A DNA stretch of 64,000 bases from Phyllosticta citribraziliensis (taxonomy: Eukaryota). Below the pieces are notes generated by a model. The model was not told the DNA's origin. It searched no databases and saw only the letters and a list, made by a program, of their open reading frames with translations. Each line of letters opens with the position of its first letter. Position 1 is the first letter of the stretch. Location: the NCBI RefSeq assembly GCF_038025025.1, contig NW_027117340.1:1984001-2048000 (forward strand). The letters run 5' to 3'. A program made the translations under genes and the position numbers. This document shows, in pieces, positions 12,722 to 23,140 of this stretch.

Positions 12722-14038
12722 GGACGGTGGACTGACGGACAAGAATTGTAAAAAAGAGGGGTATTATGGATACATGCAGACGGCGTTCGACTGGTTGGGA
12801 ATGCGGGCTTCAAAACTCTTGACAACTCTGGGTCAGGATCAAGTGTAGGGACTTGTGGTTAGAAGCGATGCCCCCTGTGATTATCAAATGTAGCTCTTGA
12901 GCTGACTACTTCCAGATTCGTACATACTCCTGTGGGCTGGTGATAGACTTGAATCTCTCCTCTTACAACACGATCAAGGAAAATGTTTACTGCCTCCAGC
13001 TGCCGCTCTTCCGCACTTTCAATCAACTTGACACTGTCGAAACTACGACTCCGTATCTAACTTACTTCGGTCTTCCACCTTCTACTCCCGGAACACTCTC
13101 CTCACATACTGGGAACCTGTACCGCTTCAATGCCGAGCGGAAGATTTTTAGACCAAAAGTGGTGTCAGGGACCATAAACATCAAAGCGTGGTAGCCAACG
13201 GCGAGCTTGCTTTCACGATCCCTGGTTTCCATCAACCAGGACCTGAGCTCCCCCAATGCAGGCGATTTCCTCGAAACCCAAGAGCAAGCGCCAGAGGTGG
13301 AGTCGTGTCACAATCAACCACCCTTGTTGAATGCTTTCACAAGCAGCAGGCGAGGCAGTTCGTGATGAGCGTTTTCAGGGTCTGGTAAAAATCAGGGAGG
13401 CGGTCGGACCAATTACCAGCAGGCTTTCGCCGTCCCTGATTCACTACGTCCTTGTTTGCATGCCTGCGCTTGCAACTGGGTGTACTCCAACCGGAACCAA
13501 GGGCTCAGTCGTAAAGCAGTGGCTACTGGGACCGCAAGAAAGCATAAGCCTTGAAATCCCAATCCTACGAGAAAAGTTGGCCATTAAGGCTCATTACGTA
13601 TCATTCTCTGGCAGGTCCCGGACTTTGAGCCTTCCCGCGGCCCCTTGACGCAACGGTTTTCGTGCAACGGCTATCGAATGGGCTGGTACGATGGTATAGG
13701 GGTTCCGAACTACACACGACAGACCCTGTCCCAACTAGTCGGGGCGACCCTTTCGTGTGTCAATTAAACATGATTGGTTCTTATTTGACTTCAACCTCTC
13801 TCTCCAGTCGACCACAGTTGAGTGCTCCTGTTAGGTCACGTAAGCGCTGCTGAATGGGCTTAAAAAGGTTTCCCCCTCCCCCCGAGTTTCCATCTTCCTT
13901 TTCATCTCAAACTTCTCACACTGTACAAGTCTTGAACTCAGCAAAAGCTACTTTATGACCCACACACACACACAACACACGCCCACACATCTTCAGCAAC
14001 TTTCAGACTCATCGCGAATTTCCAACGCCTGCGCCGTC

Positions 14039-14908
14039 ATGGAGACCTCTGTTCCTACCCTCAATCCTCAAGAAGCCCCCCAGGAAGACTCCGGCAGACG
14101 CGACTCTGGCGTCGACATGATCAGCCCTCTGAAGTCTCCATGTCTCTTGGCCATCAAAAGGGCCACGGCTACGGGCACCCATCATCTTCGCACCTTCCTC
14201 TTGTATCTCCTCCGGACCGATCACGCGACCTTCGCCACCAAGCCTGGCGTGTCGTGCCCATGGAGAATCCCTTACGAGTCAACATTGCTATTCAGCAGGA
14301 TCAACCTACGCCTGGGTCCCTGGGAGAATCTGACCCTGAACCAACGCGCCAACCTTGCCGAGACCGCGCTCCGTCCCGCCGTCGCCCTCGGAATCGCTCC
14401 ATCCGCAGTCCTCGACCTCATTGCGCGCTTCCAAAGACGCAGCTACATCGGGCCCACGGGTCGCTACAGGGCAGGCTACCTAACCCACCTCGTCAAGTGC
14501 CGCGGCCTCGCAGCCCTCGCCGCCAACCTCATTTACGACCGCGAGGTCTTCATTCCGGCCCTCACGGACGACTGGTGGGCCGGCGACGACCAGGTCGACG
14601 AAATGGAGTCCCTCAAGACCATCAGGACCAAGCTTATCGCCGCCGTCGCTACCATGGAAGCAAAGTTCTTCGAATCACTGGACCACGATACCGTTGTGCT
14701 CCGTCCAGACGCCATGAAGACACAAGCCCGCGCTGGCAGGAGCATCATTCAGCGACTGCGCGGTAAAGAATCTCTCGCACTCTCCCCTGGACCCCTTCGC
14801 AATCTCCCCACCGAAGAGATCGAGGTCAACCGCGACGCCAAGTTTGGAGAGCTCATCGAGCAGTGGGAGGAGTGGGAGACGCATGAACCCCACGCCAACC
14901 AGCAGTGA
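14039..14908 (+). CDS. Hypothetical protein, no family recognised (alternative ATG at 13955)
   Basis: Long intronless ORF with C/G-ending codon bias, preceded by a TAAAAA element and a CT-rich leader. Confidence 0.7.
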   Translation: METSVPTLNPQEAPQEDSGRRDSGVDMISPLKSPCLLAIKRATATGTHHLRTFLLYLLRTDHATFATKPGVSCPWRIPYESTLLFSRINLRLGPWENLTLNQRANLAETALRPAVALGIAPSAVLDLIARFQRRSYIGPTGRYRAGYLTHLVKCRGLAALAANLIYDREVFIPALTDDWWAGDDQVDEMESLKTIRTKLIAAVATMEAKFFESLDHDTVVLRPDAMKTQARAGRSIIQRLRGKESLALSPGPLRNLPTEEIEVNRDAKFGELIEQWEEWETHEPHANQQ

Positions 14909-15115
14909 ACCGAGGGTCGTCGTTTCTGCTTCTGCTTTCAATCTTTCCTCTGTTTGTTGACCTTCATGTCCACGCCTTCTATGCTCACTGTTGTAACCCT
15001 TTTGTTCAAGCACAATTTTTCATGTTGCAGGTTCCAGCATTTCTGCTTTTGCTCAAATTCATCCGAAGACAACAAGACGGCCAACCGTCCGCTGCGTTCA
15101 TCTAGCATATCGCCT

Positions 15116-15441
15116 TGCACTTTAAGAGCGGAGTTCCCCTTTCTCTCATGTACACACGAAACCTTTCCCCACTTCAGTCCTCAAAGTTCTCATTTGCTAC
15201 TTGGCAGACAACACGTCCGCCAGACGCGCAGTACTCCGCATCTTGCGCAAGCTGGGCTGTCTCCATTCATCCTACGGTCTACCGTATTCGTCTGGCACTC
15301 TGCACTTCAAAGTCGGAGTTGTCTCATCTATCATGTTCACACGCAACCTTTCCCCACTTCAGCCCTCAAAGTTCTCATTTGGGGTTTTGCGACTTGATGG
15401 ACATCCTGTCTTTTGGACACGGCAGCTTCCGCATCTTGCGC
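15116..15441. repeat. Diverged direct duplication, offset about 185 bp
   Basis: Copies 15116-15248 and 15301-15441 share TGCACTT..GGAGTT, CACACG.AACCTTTCCCCACTTCAG.CCTCAAAGTTCTCATTTG and TCCGCATCTTGCGC. Confidence 0.85.
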
Positions 15442-15779
15442 CAACAGGATGTCCAGTCCTCGGAAGACCAAAAACAAATAGACGTAAGCTCCGCGCCTCG
15501 TTTCGCCTGCGAGGCTGGCGAGGGGCGTACTGTACTCCTTTTCCTAGTCTCAATGACAGGAAACGTGGAAACAGACTAGCTATTCAACACGAATCAACCT
15601 TTTCTTCAGTCAGTCATGCAATGTTCATCCTGGCATTTGTTCAGTGAAGAGCATGTGTGATTCCCATTGAAGTTATCCCATCCCATGATGACTCCGAAGC
15701 TCGAGAGCTTCAATCCCGACTCCCAGAGATGCATCCCCCTCATCCTCCATTGTGGAGTTTTGCCGCAGACCAATCCAAG

Positions 15780-16685
15780 TCACGGCCTGCTTTCTATCAT
15801 CCAATGGTCCAGAAAGCGCACAAACTCGCCCATGGCATGCGACTCAGTGACGCCCTCATGGCCACCAACCTCATACCCGCGGCACTGGACAACCATGCCC
15901 ATATCCTGCATGACCCTGCACAAGCCCTCGCTCCTCGCAACCGGCACGATGGCGTCGTCTCTGCAGTGGAGAAGCAAGACGGGCCGTCCCAGCGCTCCAA
16001 GCCAGTGTGGCATGCCCGCGCGGCCCGACGGCACGAAAGCACGCATGCGCGTCTGCGCCTCGGGATGGGTCTCGCTCCTCGCGACGATGTCCTCCATTTG
16101 CGTCTGGCACGGCAGCCAGCCCGCGAGCCCAACGAAGCAGCCAATGTCGTTCCAGCCGGTCAAGAAGGCGATGGCCGCCATGGCGCAGCCCTGGCCCATG
16201 CCAACCAGGCAGACGTGGTCGCCACCGACGGCGTCGACTTCGTTGTCGATGAGGTCCATCAGCGGCCCTAGATTCTGACTCATTTCGTTGCGCTGCGCGT
16301 CGGCTTGTGCAGGGTGCTCCGGCTCGGCCAGGCTCCAGTAGACGAACCAGGACGGGATGGACGTGCCGGAGGGCGTTGTGTCGCGGAGGACCGAGGGCGG
16401 AAAGATCCATTTGACGTTTGGGAAGGTCGCATCGAGGCTTTGGCCGGTGGACTCACTGTTTTCGAAGAAGGCTGTCGCAAAGGCGGCGGGAGTCGTTCCA
16501 TGGTCGTGCAGGAAGATGACAGTGTGCTGGTGCTCGTTTGTTGGAGGGATAATGGTGATGCCAGATTCAGAGGACGCGTTGAACTGCTGAGAGGCGTGAG
16601 AGTAGTTTGAGCCAATCTTCTGTCGTTTCCTAGATTGGTTGTCGTCTTGGAAGGGTCTTTGATTCGTCATGCTCGGGTGAACCAT
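15780..16685 (-). CDS. Phospholipase/carboxylesterase (acyl-protein thioesterase-like alpha/beta hydrolase) with catalytic Ser replaced
   Basis: HTVIFLHDHG, FPNVKWIFP, SWF, LVGMGQGCA (normally GxSQG), GWLP, HCRDDAIVP, GGH. Confidence 0.85.
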   Translation of the reverse strand: MVHPSMTNQRPFQDDNQSRKRQKIGSNYSHASQQFNASSESGITIIPPTNEHQHTVIFLHDHGTTPAAFATAFFENSESTGQSLDATFPNVKWIFPPSVLRDTTPSGTSIPSWFVYWSLAEPEHPAQADAQRNEMSQNLGPLMDLIDNEVDAVGGDHVCLVGMGQGCAMAAIAFLTGWNDIGCFVGLAGWLPCQTQMEDIVARSETHPEAQTRMRAFVPSGRAGMPHWLGALGRPVLLLHCRDDAIVPVARSEGLCRVMQDMGMVVQCRGYEVGGHEGVTESHAMGEFVRFLDHWMIESRP

Positions 16686-16704
16686 GGCGTGATCTCGGTA
16701 ACTG

Positions 16705-16846
16705 TGGTGGAGGAGGGACAGGAGCGTTCATGTGCGGTGGTCTAGGAAAGGGTACCGTGGTGGAAGTGGGAGCGTTCAGGTGCGGTGGTCTATGAAAGAT
16801 TCCCGTGGTGGAGGTGGGAGCGTTCAAGTGCGGTGGTGTGTGAAGA
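16705..16846. repeat. 48-bp tandem repeat, about 3 copies, just upstream of the esterase-like gene
   Basis: GGAGCGTTCA.GTGCGGTGGT recurs at 16721, 16769 and 16817. Confidence 0.9.
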
Positions 16847-18003
16847 GCGCTTTAGAACTGGTCGGGAAGCAAGAAGATATCTGCGGCTGATCGTATGTGC
16901 AGCCTCAAAGTCCCTAGTTGAGGCTGGCACATGTTATTTTGAGTAACTGCTAGTTGTGCCTGCTTCTCAGCCGCAGGGGATCATTTATGGAAGTGCTTCT
17001 ATCGGGCTCTCCTTCCTAATATAGTTAGTATTTGCGGCCCGCCAGCCACACTAAAGTCCACCATGGAGACAAGATACTTAAATGCAGTCGACGCATTTGC
17101 GGTTTTTCTTACATTGCCTTAGCCATCAAGTGAGGTTGGATTAGACTTGTGCGGTTAAACTCAAAACAGTGCTCGGCGCTGCTATTAACCAAAACTTTAA
17201 GCAGCATGCATCGATTTCGTCAGACTCTTTATGTTCGATTTTGTGATTCTGCTCGCAAGTAGTCCACTCATTCAGTGAAGACTGCACTCGCGCATGAAGC
17301 CTCCTCAAGGTTTGCAGGGAAGTGTTGGTCAACTTACAGGCTTTGGCTACTTAGTATCAGGGGCCGTGCCGATTTAAACCTGCATGCATGTGTGAGGACA
17401 ACAAGCAAAGATGTCCGAAGTTGTAAAAGACAGCCAATAAGACCTTCGGACCGAATCAACAACCCGCAGCCTTATGCGTGCTCGAGATGTACGAGCAGGG
17501 GGCGTATTAACCCAGGTTCTTTGATATGAACCAATCAAATGCAGCAGTCCGAATCTTGTGGGTCCAATCGCTGGCATCGGTCAACAATCGAGAGCGCGAC
17601 TTTAACGCCCGGCTCATGCACTTCGAGTTGGAGGCGCGACAAGTTTCCACAAGGAGCTTCGTTGCTGAAAAACTCCAAAGGACCACATTAGAAATGTTGT
17701 AAGGAGCATGCCCGTTCCAGTTTCTTAGATTCTCGTGGCATTGGCAGAAACGTAGAAATGGGGTGCCGCGCGAATGTCCACAAACACCTACGTTACAGAG
17801 CGCGTAGCTGAGAAAAAGACATGGCAATGATGGTCTGATAGTCCTCTCTATGCAAGTCTGGCAATGGTCTTGGCCGTCTTCTCTTACAGCGCAATACATT
17901 TGGCGTAGTCGCGCTCTTTGCTATTGTAAATGGTTGGATCATTTTCTCCGAGAGAATTGGCGATGGTCTCCCAAAAACGCCGAAAGGTTTGGCGGGGCGG
18001 AAC

Positions 18004-18550
18004 TCATCGAAGGCCCTCTCCTTCCCATCGCTCTGTATCACAATAGTATCTTACCACGCTCTCCGCGCCCAGTTTGTCGTTCTTGTGCAAAACTGCTAGG
18101 TCCATGTTGAGCGGGCTGTCCCATACTGGATTGCTGAGCAGTTGATGTATACAAGTGAGGGTCGTGGATATGGTGAAAGCAGGCGACCATGCATCGTTCC
18201 TGTCCAAAATGTCGAGGCAGATCTTCCCGGTCTCGAACTTCACATTTGGATGGCATATTCGAGTATGGAACGTAACATGAGGAGGGCTGAAGGGGTAGTC
18301 TTGGGAGGCTTGGATATCAAGGAGCCAGCGACCATCTGCACCAATTTAGCTTGGGTGTGCAGAAGCGTCAGGAGGGTTCTCTACGCTCGTATGGAGTTCC
18401 TGGGGAGCCCTTCATCACTGCTCTCCAGCGCGTCAGGTCACTGTCGTCCAGAGGACCCAAGCACTCGAGCGCATCCGTGTCTGTCAAGTCTGCTTGCGAC
18501 TCGTCATAGAGACGCTTCATGCGAGATTGAAGCCTCCGAGCACTCGACAT
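18004..18550 (-). CDS. PEX4: Ubiquitin-conjugating enzyme E2, peroxin-4-like, 2 exons
   Basis: WRAVMKGSPGTPYE/HGRWLLDI...YPFSPP...ICHPNVKFETGKICLDIL...WSPAFTI...DSPLNMD. HPN motif and catalytic Cys are present; the C-terminus is Pex4-like. Confidence 0.8.
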
Positions 18551-18816
18551 TGGAAGGACCGCCTAGTTGCTGTACCGACGGTGCGCGAGACGTATTCGAA
18601 AAAGGGTTGTTCGTGGAAGAAGGTTGAAATGGCGGACGGCGGGTGTGCTTTCGACGATGATGTTGATGGTTCCGCCAACCTCGGCTCCGTGCGTGCAGTG
18701 AGTGGGCTGGCGGCGGCGCCAAACATCGGCGTTTCCAGGCACCGACAAAGTTTCTGGGGGAGCTTCGCGGTCCACATCTTTGCGACTCCGTTCCACTATC
18801 CGCATCTGCCCACACC

Positions 18817-19659
18817 ATGGCTCCCGTTCATGCCACCCTCTCGGATCTCCACCGTGCCGACGGATCTGCCACTTTTTCGCAGAATGGATACAGCGTGATT
18901 GGAGCGGTCAATGGCCCCATCGAGGTCCTTCGGAGAGACGAGTTGCCGGAGGAGGCAGCGATAGAGGTCAATGTCCGGCCTGCCTCTGGAGTTGGAAGTA
19001 AGATTTGAGAGTCGAGCTCATCTATCGTGCATCTAGTTGACGAGCTCTAGGTCCAAAGGAGCGCCATCTCGAGAACCTCATCCACTCGACACTCCGCCAA
19101 GTCATCTTGGTCCGCAACCACCCGCGAACTCTGATCCAAGTGACCCTACAGGTGCTTCAGGTGCCCGAAGGTGATGCTTCTGACGATAAATCCCGCTCTT
19201 CGGTATGAAACTGGAAGTACTTCTGGTCTCGACGACAGCTAAAGGTTCTAGATTCTGTCCATTCTGCCTGCCCTCCTCCAAGCTTCGATCCTCGCGCTTG
19301 TCTCCGCCTCGATCCCGCTCAACACGACTTTCTCTTCTGCTATAGTCGCAATCACACCAGAAGGCCAAACGGTCACATCGCCCTCAGTCAAGCAGCTTAC
19401 TTCCGCTTCCTCGACCCACGTCCTGGCCTTTTCAGCTCGTGGAGACCTGCTCGTGTCGGAGAGTGAAGGCGCTTTCGATATGGACGCATGGGACAATGCG
19501 CACGATGTGGCAAAGCGCATCTGCACTACTACCACTACAAAAGCTGAGGGAGATATGGAGTTGGACTTGCTGAGCGACCACCAAAGCTTGCACACTGTGC
19601 TCAAAGAAGTCGTCAACGCAAAGGTCCTAAAGGAACAGGCCTGGAAGGATGCCCCCTGA
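18817..19659 (+). CDS. RRP46: Exosome core subunit Rrp46 (RNase PH family), 3 exons
   Basis: LHRADGSATF, GAVNGPIEV, IEVNVRPASGVG/PKERHLE, HPRTLIQVTLQV, LLVSESEGAF. Confidence 0.92.
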
Positions 19660-20631
19660 GTACCCTCCAATGGATTTCGACTTTTTGAGATGGGTCGGAA
19701 TGTCCATGATATGGCCAATATGCCCCGACCCGGCCTGCCACCAGTCGCCTGACGGGCTCCTCGAGGAGATCTGCTGTGGCCAGCTTTGGCCAATGATTCT
19801 GCAAAATTGCCAGGAGCAGGACAACGTGGATACACAGCGAAGGAAGGACCTGGAAAATGGCAAGATGGAGGATCCGCTTGCGAAGCAATGCAACCGCTTG
19901 AATGCAGTTCTTGCTCTGCCAACTGGCCCTGAAGAAAATTGAGATGGCGGAGCTCCTATGGATGGAAACCAGGGGCATTTGATAAACTTCGCCTGATTCC
20001 TGGATTATACCTTAATGTTCAGTTGCTGGGCAATTGTGGAACTTGCCAATTTTCCCCGCCATAAACTGGTGGGAATCAATGAACAAAGGACGAGGACAGA
20101 ACACCAATTTTACTCAGAAGCTTGCCGTGGTTGCTGAATGTTGTGATCATTCGGTTTTGATCTTCTGGGGCCGCCCCCTGACCATAATGGACTGGTCACA
20201 TTCGGTCGTGTCTTTCTACTATTCTGCTGCTTTGATTCAATGCGCCGAGCAGCTCATACATTTCCTCGCTCCACACCCGAGAAACGACGTCTTCTCGCAA
20301 AGCTTTCACGGCATCAAACATTCTGCTCTTCTTGACCTTTCGTGTTCCGACTTGGTTGCTCTGCACATTGTCTTCGCTTGCTGTACGAGTTATAAAATAC
20401 ATTGCGGGTCTATCATTAAGCCAATCCTTTCCGAGCCTTTTCCAAACGCCGTTCAAAGAGCTGTACATGGTAAGATTATTTCCCTCTCGTATTAACCAAT
20501 CTTTACGTTCCCTGACACGCATTTTGTCCATAGGTCGAAGCTATCGGGATTGTCGTCATCAACATGGTGGAGACCACCGTCGCGCTATCATATTTTCGAT
20601 TGAGAGTCGTCTGTCGTCCGTCGTCCGTCAT

Positions 20632-21893
20632 TCAGGCCTTTTCATAAATGGATTCGATTTCCGAAAGGTTTGGGTCCGCTAGGAGAGCGTTGAGCCTGTC
20701 TTGAGGGTCCCATTTTGGAATGCAATAAGTGGTATCTTGCGGGGTTCCCCTGAGCTCCACGTTCTCGACCATTTCCCTGGCTTCGCGCAGCCACTCATCC
20801 CAAACTCTTGTCTTCGGCGCAGCTTCGCCGAGTTGGACCCACCCTGTCCGTTTGGTGACCGCGATGGCCGTCCAGAGCGCCTGGGTGAAGGTGTTGTTCT
20901 TGCAAGTCTCGGTTGTTTCCCCGTTCGTCTCGATTTTGTGTCTCCGGACCCTGAATGCAGACGTGTTCCAGTGCAGTCTAGAGGGCAAAGCAGCGACCAG
21001 CCAGTACGTGACATTGAGAATCAAGTAAGCCGCAGCAACGGATACCTGAGTCTTCGTTTTGGCGTTGGCGAGGCAAATGACACCCACCATGAGCAAGAAG
21101 GAGCCGACGAGGGAAATGATGCGGTACACTCGCAGGTCTGAGACCAAGTACTCGATGGTTTCCGGAGCAAAGAAGATTTCTCGGGCAATATTTTCCTCGC
21201 ATTTCACGATGAGAAAGCTTCCCCGTGGATGACGAATGACGACATCGCCGCGCGGTGCAGTCCCTCCTGGGTTCCTTCTCCTTGGAAGCTTCAGGGTCCA
21301 TTTGTTTCCGATTCCAATGACGGTCGCAAGGAGTGAGAGTGTGCCGGTAGCGATAAGGCCCATACCATCTTCCCATATGATGGACAGTACCAATAAAGCA
21401 ATGGAAAATGCGCAGCCCAGGCAAATGTTGAAAGTCAAGTAACTGAAATTATGCGTCTTGACAACGGGAGCCTCGTCATGACGGTCGATTTCGACGCATC
21501 GTACATCGAAGGGCTTCAGGGATTCCGTGTCGCTTGGAGCAATCAGCGTGAGAGTTTTTGATTGGATCGGGATCCTTACAGAACAATGTCGCCAATGTGG
21601 TTGAGCTCGTTACGGTCGTTTCCCGAGACTACTCCCGTCACTCGTCCTTGGACCGCTTCGAGTCTGTTCGGCCGAGAAACGCGGAGCATCGCGTGGGGAG
21701 CGGGAAGTAGGCGTGGGAGAAAGATCCAATTCGACAAGGTCGATACTTGGGCGTTGGACAAAACGGAACCTTCGCCGAGAATGGCCAAAATGCCAACAAT
21801 ATCCAGGTCCAGGTCTTCGAAGTGTTGGATTGTGCTGAACCAACCCGGGGCGTCCCCGTTTCCCTCTTGCTCGCGCTTGAACAACGACAACAT
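20632..21893 (-). CDS. Conserved fungal hypothetical multi-pass membrane protein, 2 exons
   Basis: ATG 21893 MLSLFKRE..., LDLDIVGILAILGEGSV, LPRLLPAPHA. An intron at about 21532-21579 joins this to the 20632 ORF, which has about 4 hydrophobic helices. Confidence 0.82.
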
Positions 21894-23140
21894 GTTCCGA
21901 GTGTTGATATTGGTGTTGGTTCTTTTGGTTCTTTCCAAGGTCAGTCCCGATGAAGTTAGGATTGCACGACACTAATAGGCGATGCTTGCGAACGAAGGAT
22001 TATTTGGTGTTCAGCCTCTCGGCGTATAGGACTTCGGAAGTTAGAGGAGCCAGACATTTGGAGGAGACAAGGCTGAATTTTGTTAATCGCATTGGTCCTC
22101 AAGGCCATTGCGGCCCCCACATAACACCAAAGTTGTCAGCCTTGCACAGGACATGGGTTGGTTGGCGGTGAGGGGCTTGTGTCGAGAAGGCTCAGAGCCC
22201 CCAAGGCGTGAGCGCTTCCTCTTGCCTCTCTGACCAAAAGAACTCCTGGACATGAAGTGGGTACATAACAGCGGCTGTGCAATCGAGAAAACAGCAAATG
22301 CTCAGAGCCGTTGTTCTCACATTTGTCTAAGCGCCAGTTGTGTCTTTGCGGCGAGGACGTTCGCGCTTGCGGATCGACGCACTGTTGCCAGCGCAAAGGA
22401 CAAGAGGCGGTCTTCCCACCAACCTCACAACACAACTTTCGGAGTGGGGGCACCAACCACGGCACCAAAGCTCTTCATACACATTACTGGTCGATGATAC
22501 ACTGTGAGTTCACCGCCACCTGAGTTTCGTTCCAATTTATCGCCTTCGCCTTCCCTTCCTTCGCAAGATGAAGCCCGAGTACATTATGCGACGTTGTGAA
22601 TCATTCGCGCACAAAGTTAGCCCCCTGAATCGTTAAGTATACCCTTTTCGTCTCACTCTTCATTATCCATTTCAAACATCTTGTAAACTTGCTGTATTTT
22701 GTGTACCAAAGTCATGTTCATCGCAATTCTCTCAACGTACGCGTACAACGGCGCGGGGTACGAAAAGGGGCGCAGCAGTCCAACATGGTTGGTGTCGCTG
22801 TCTTCGCGCGCGCGAATCGTTATCGGAAATTGTCTTAATGTGAGGCTGACTCCAGCCTCCTCAGGCTGACAGCCACAGTCGAAACTCCGCATACAAAGAG
22901 CGCTTTGTCCTTGGGAAGAAGAAACTCACCCCGAGCCGACGTTGACCTCATTGACAACAGCCGAGACTGGAACCCGCTTTTCGATCGCCAGAAACAGATC
23001 TTCGCCTTGCACGCTCGTTTGATGCATTGCAAGACTTCTTAGCTATCGATACGACAACAAACATTTGGACAGAAGGAAAGGCCAAGAGGCTTGGACGAAG
23101 ATCATCTTCAACTATATCACGTGCGAATTTTATACAAAGT

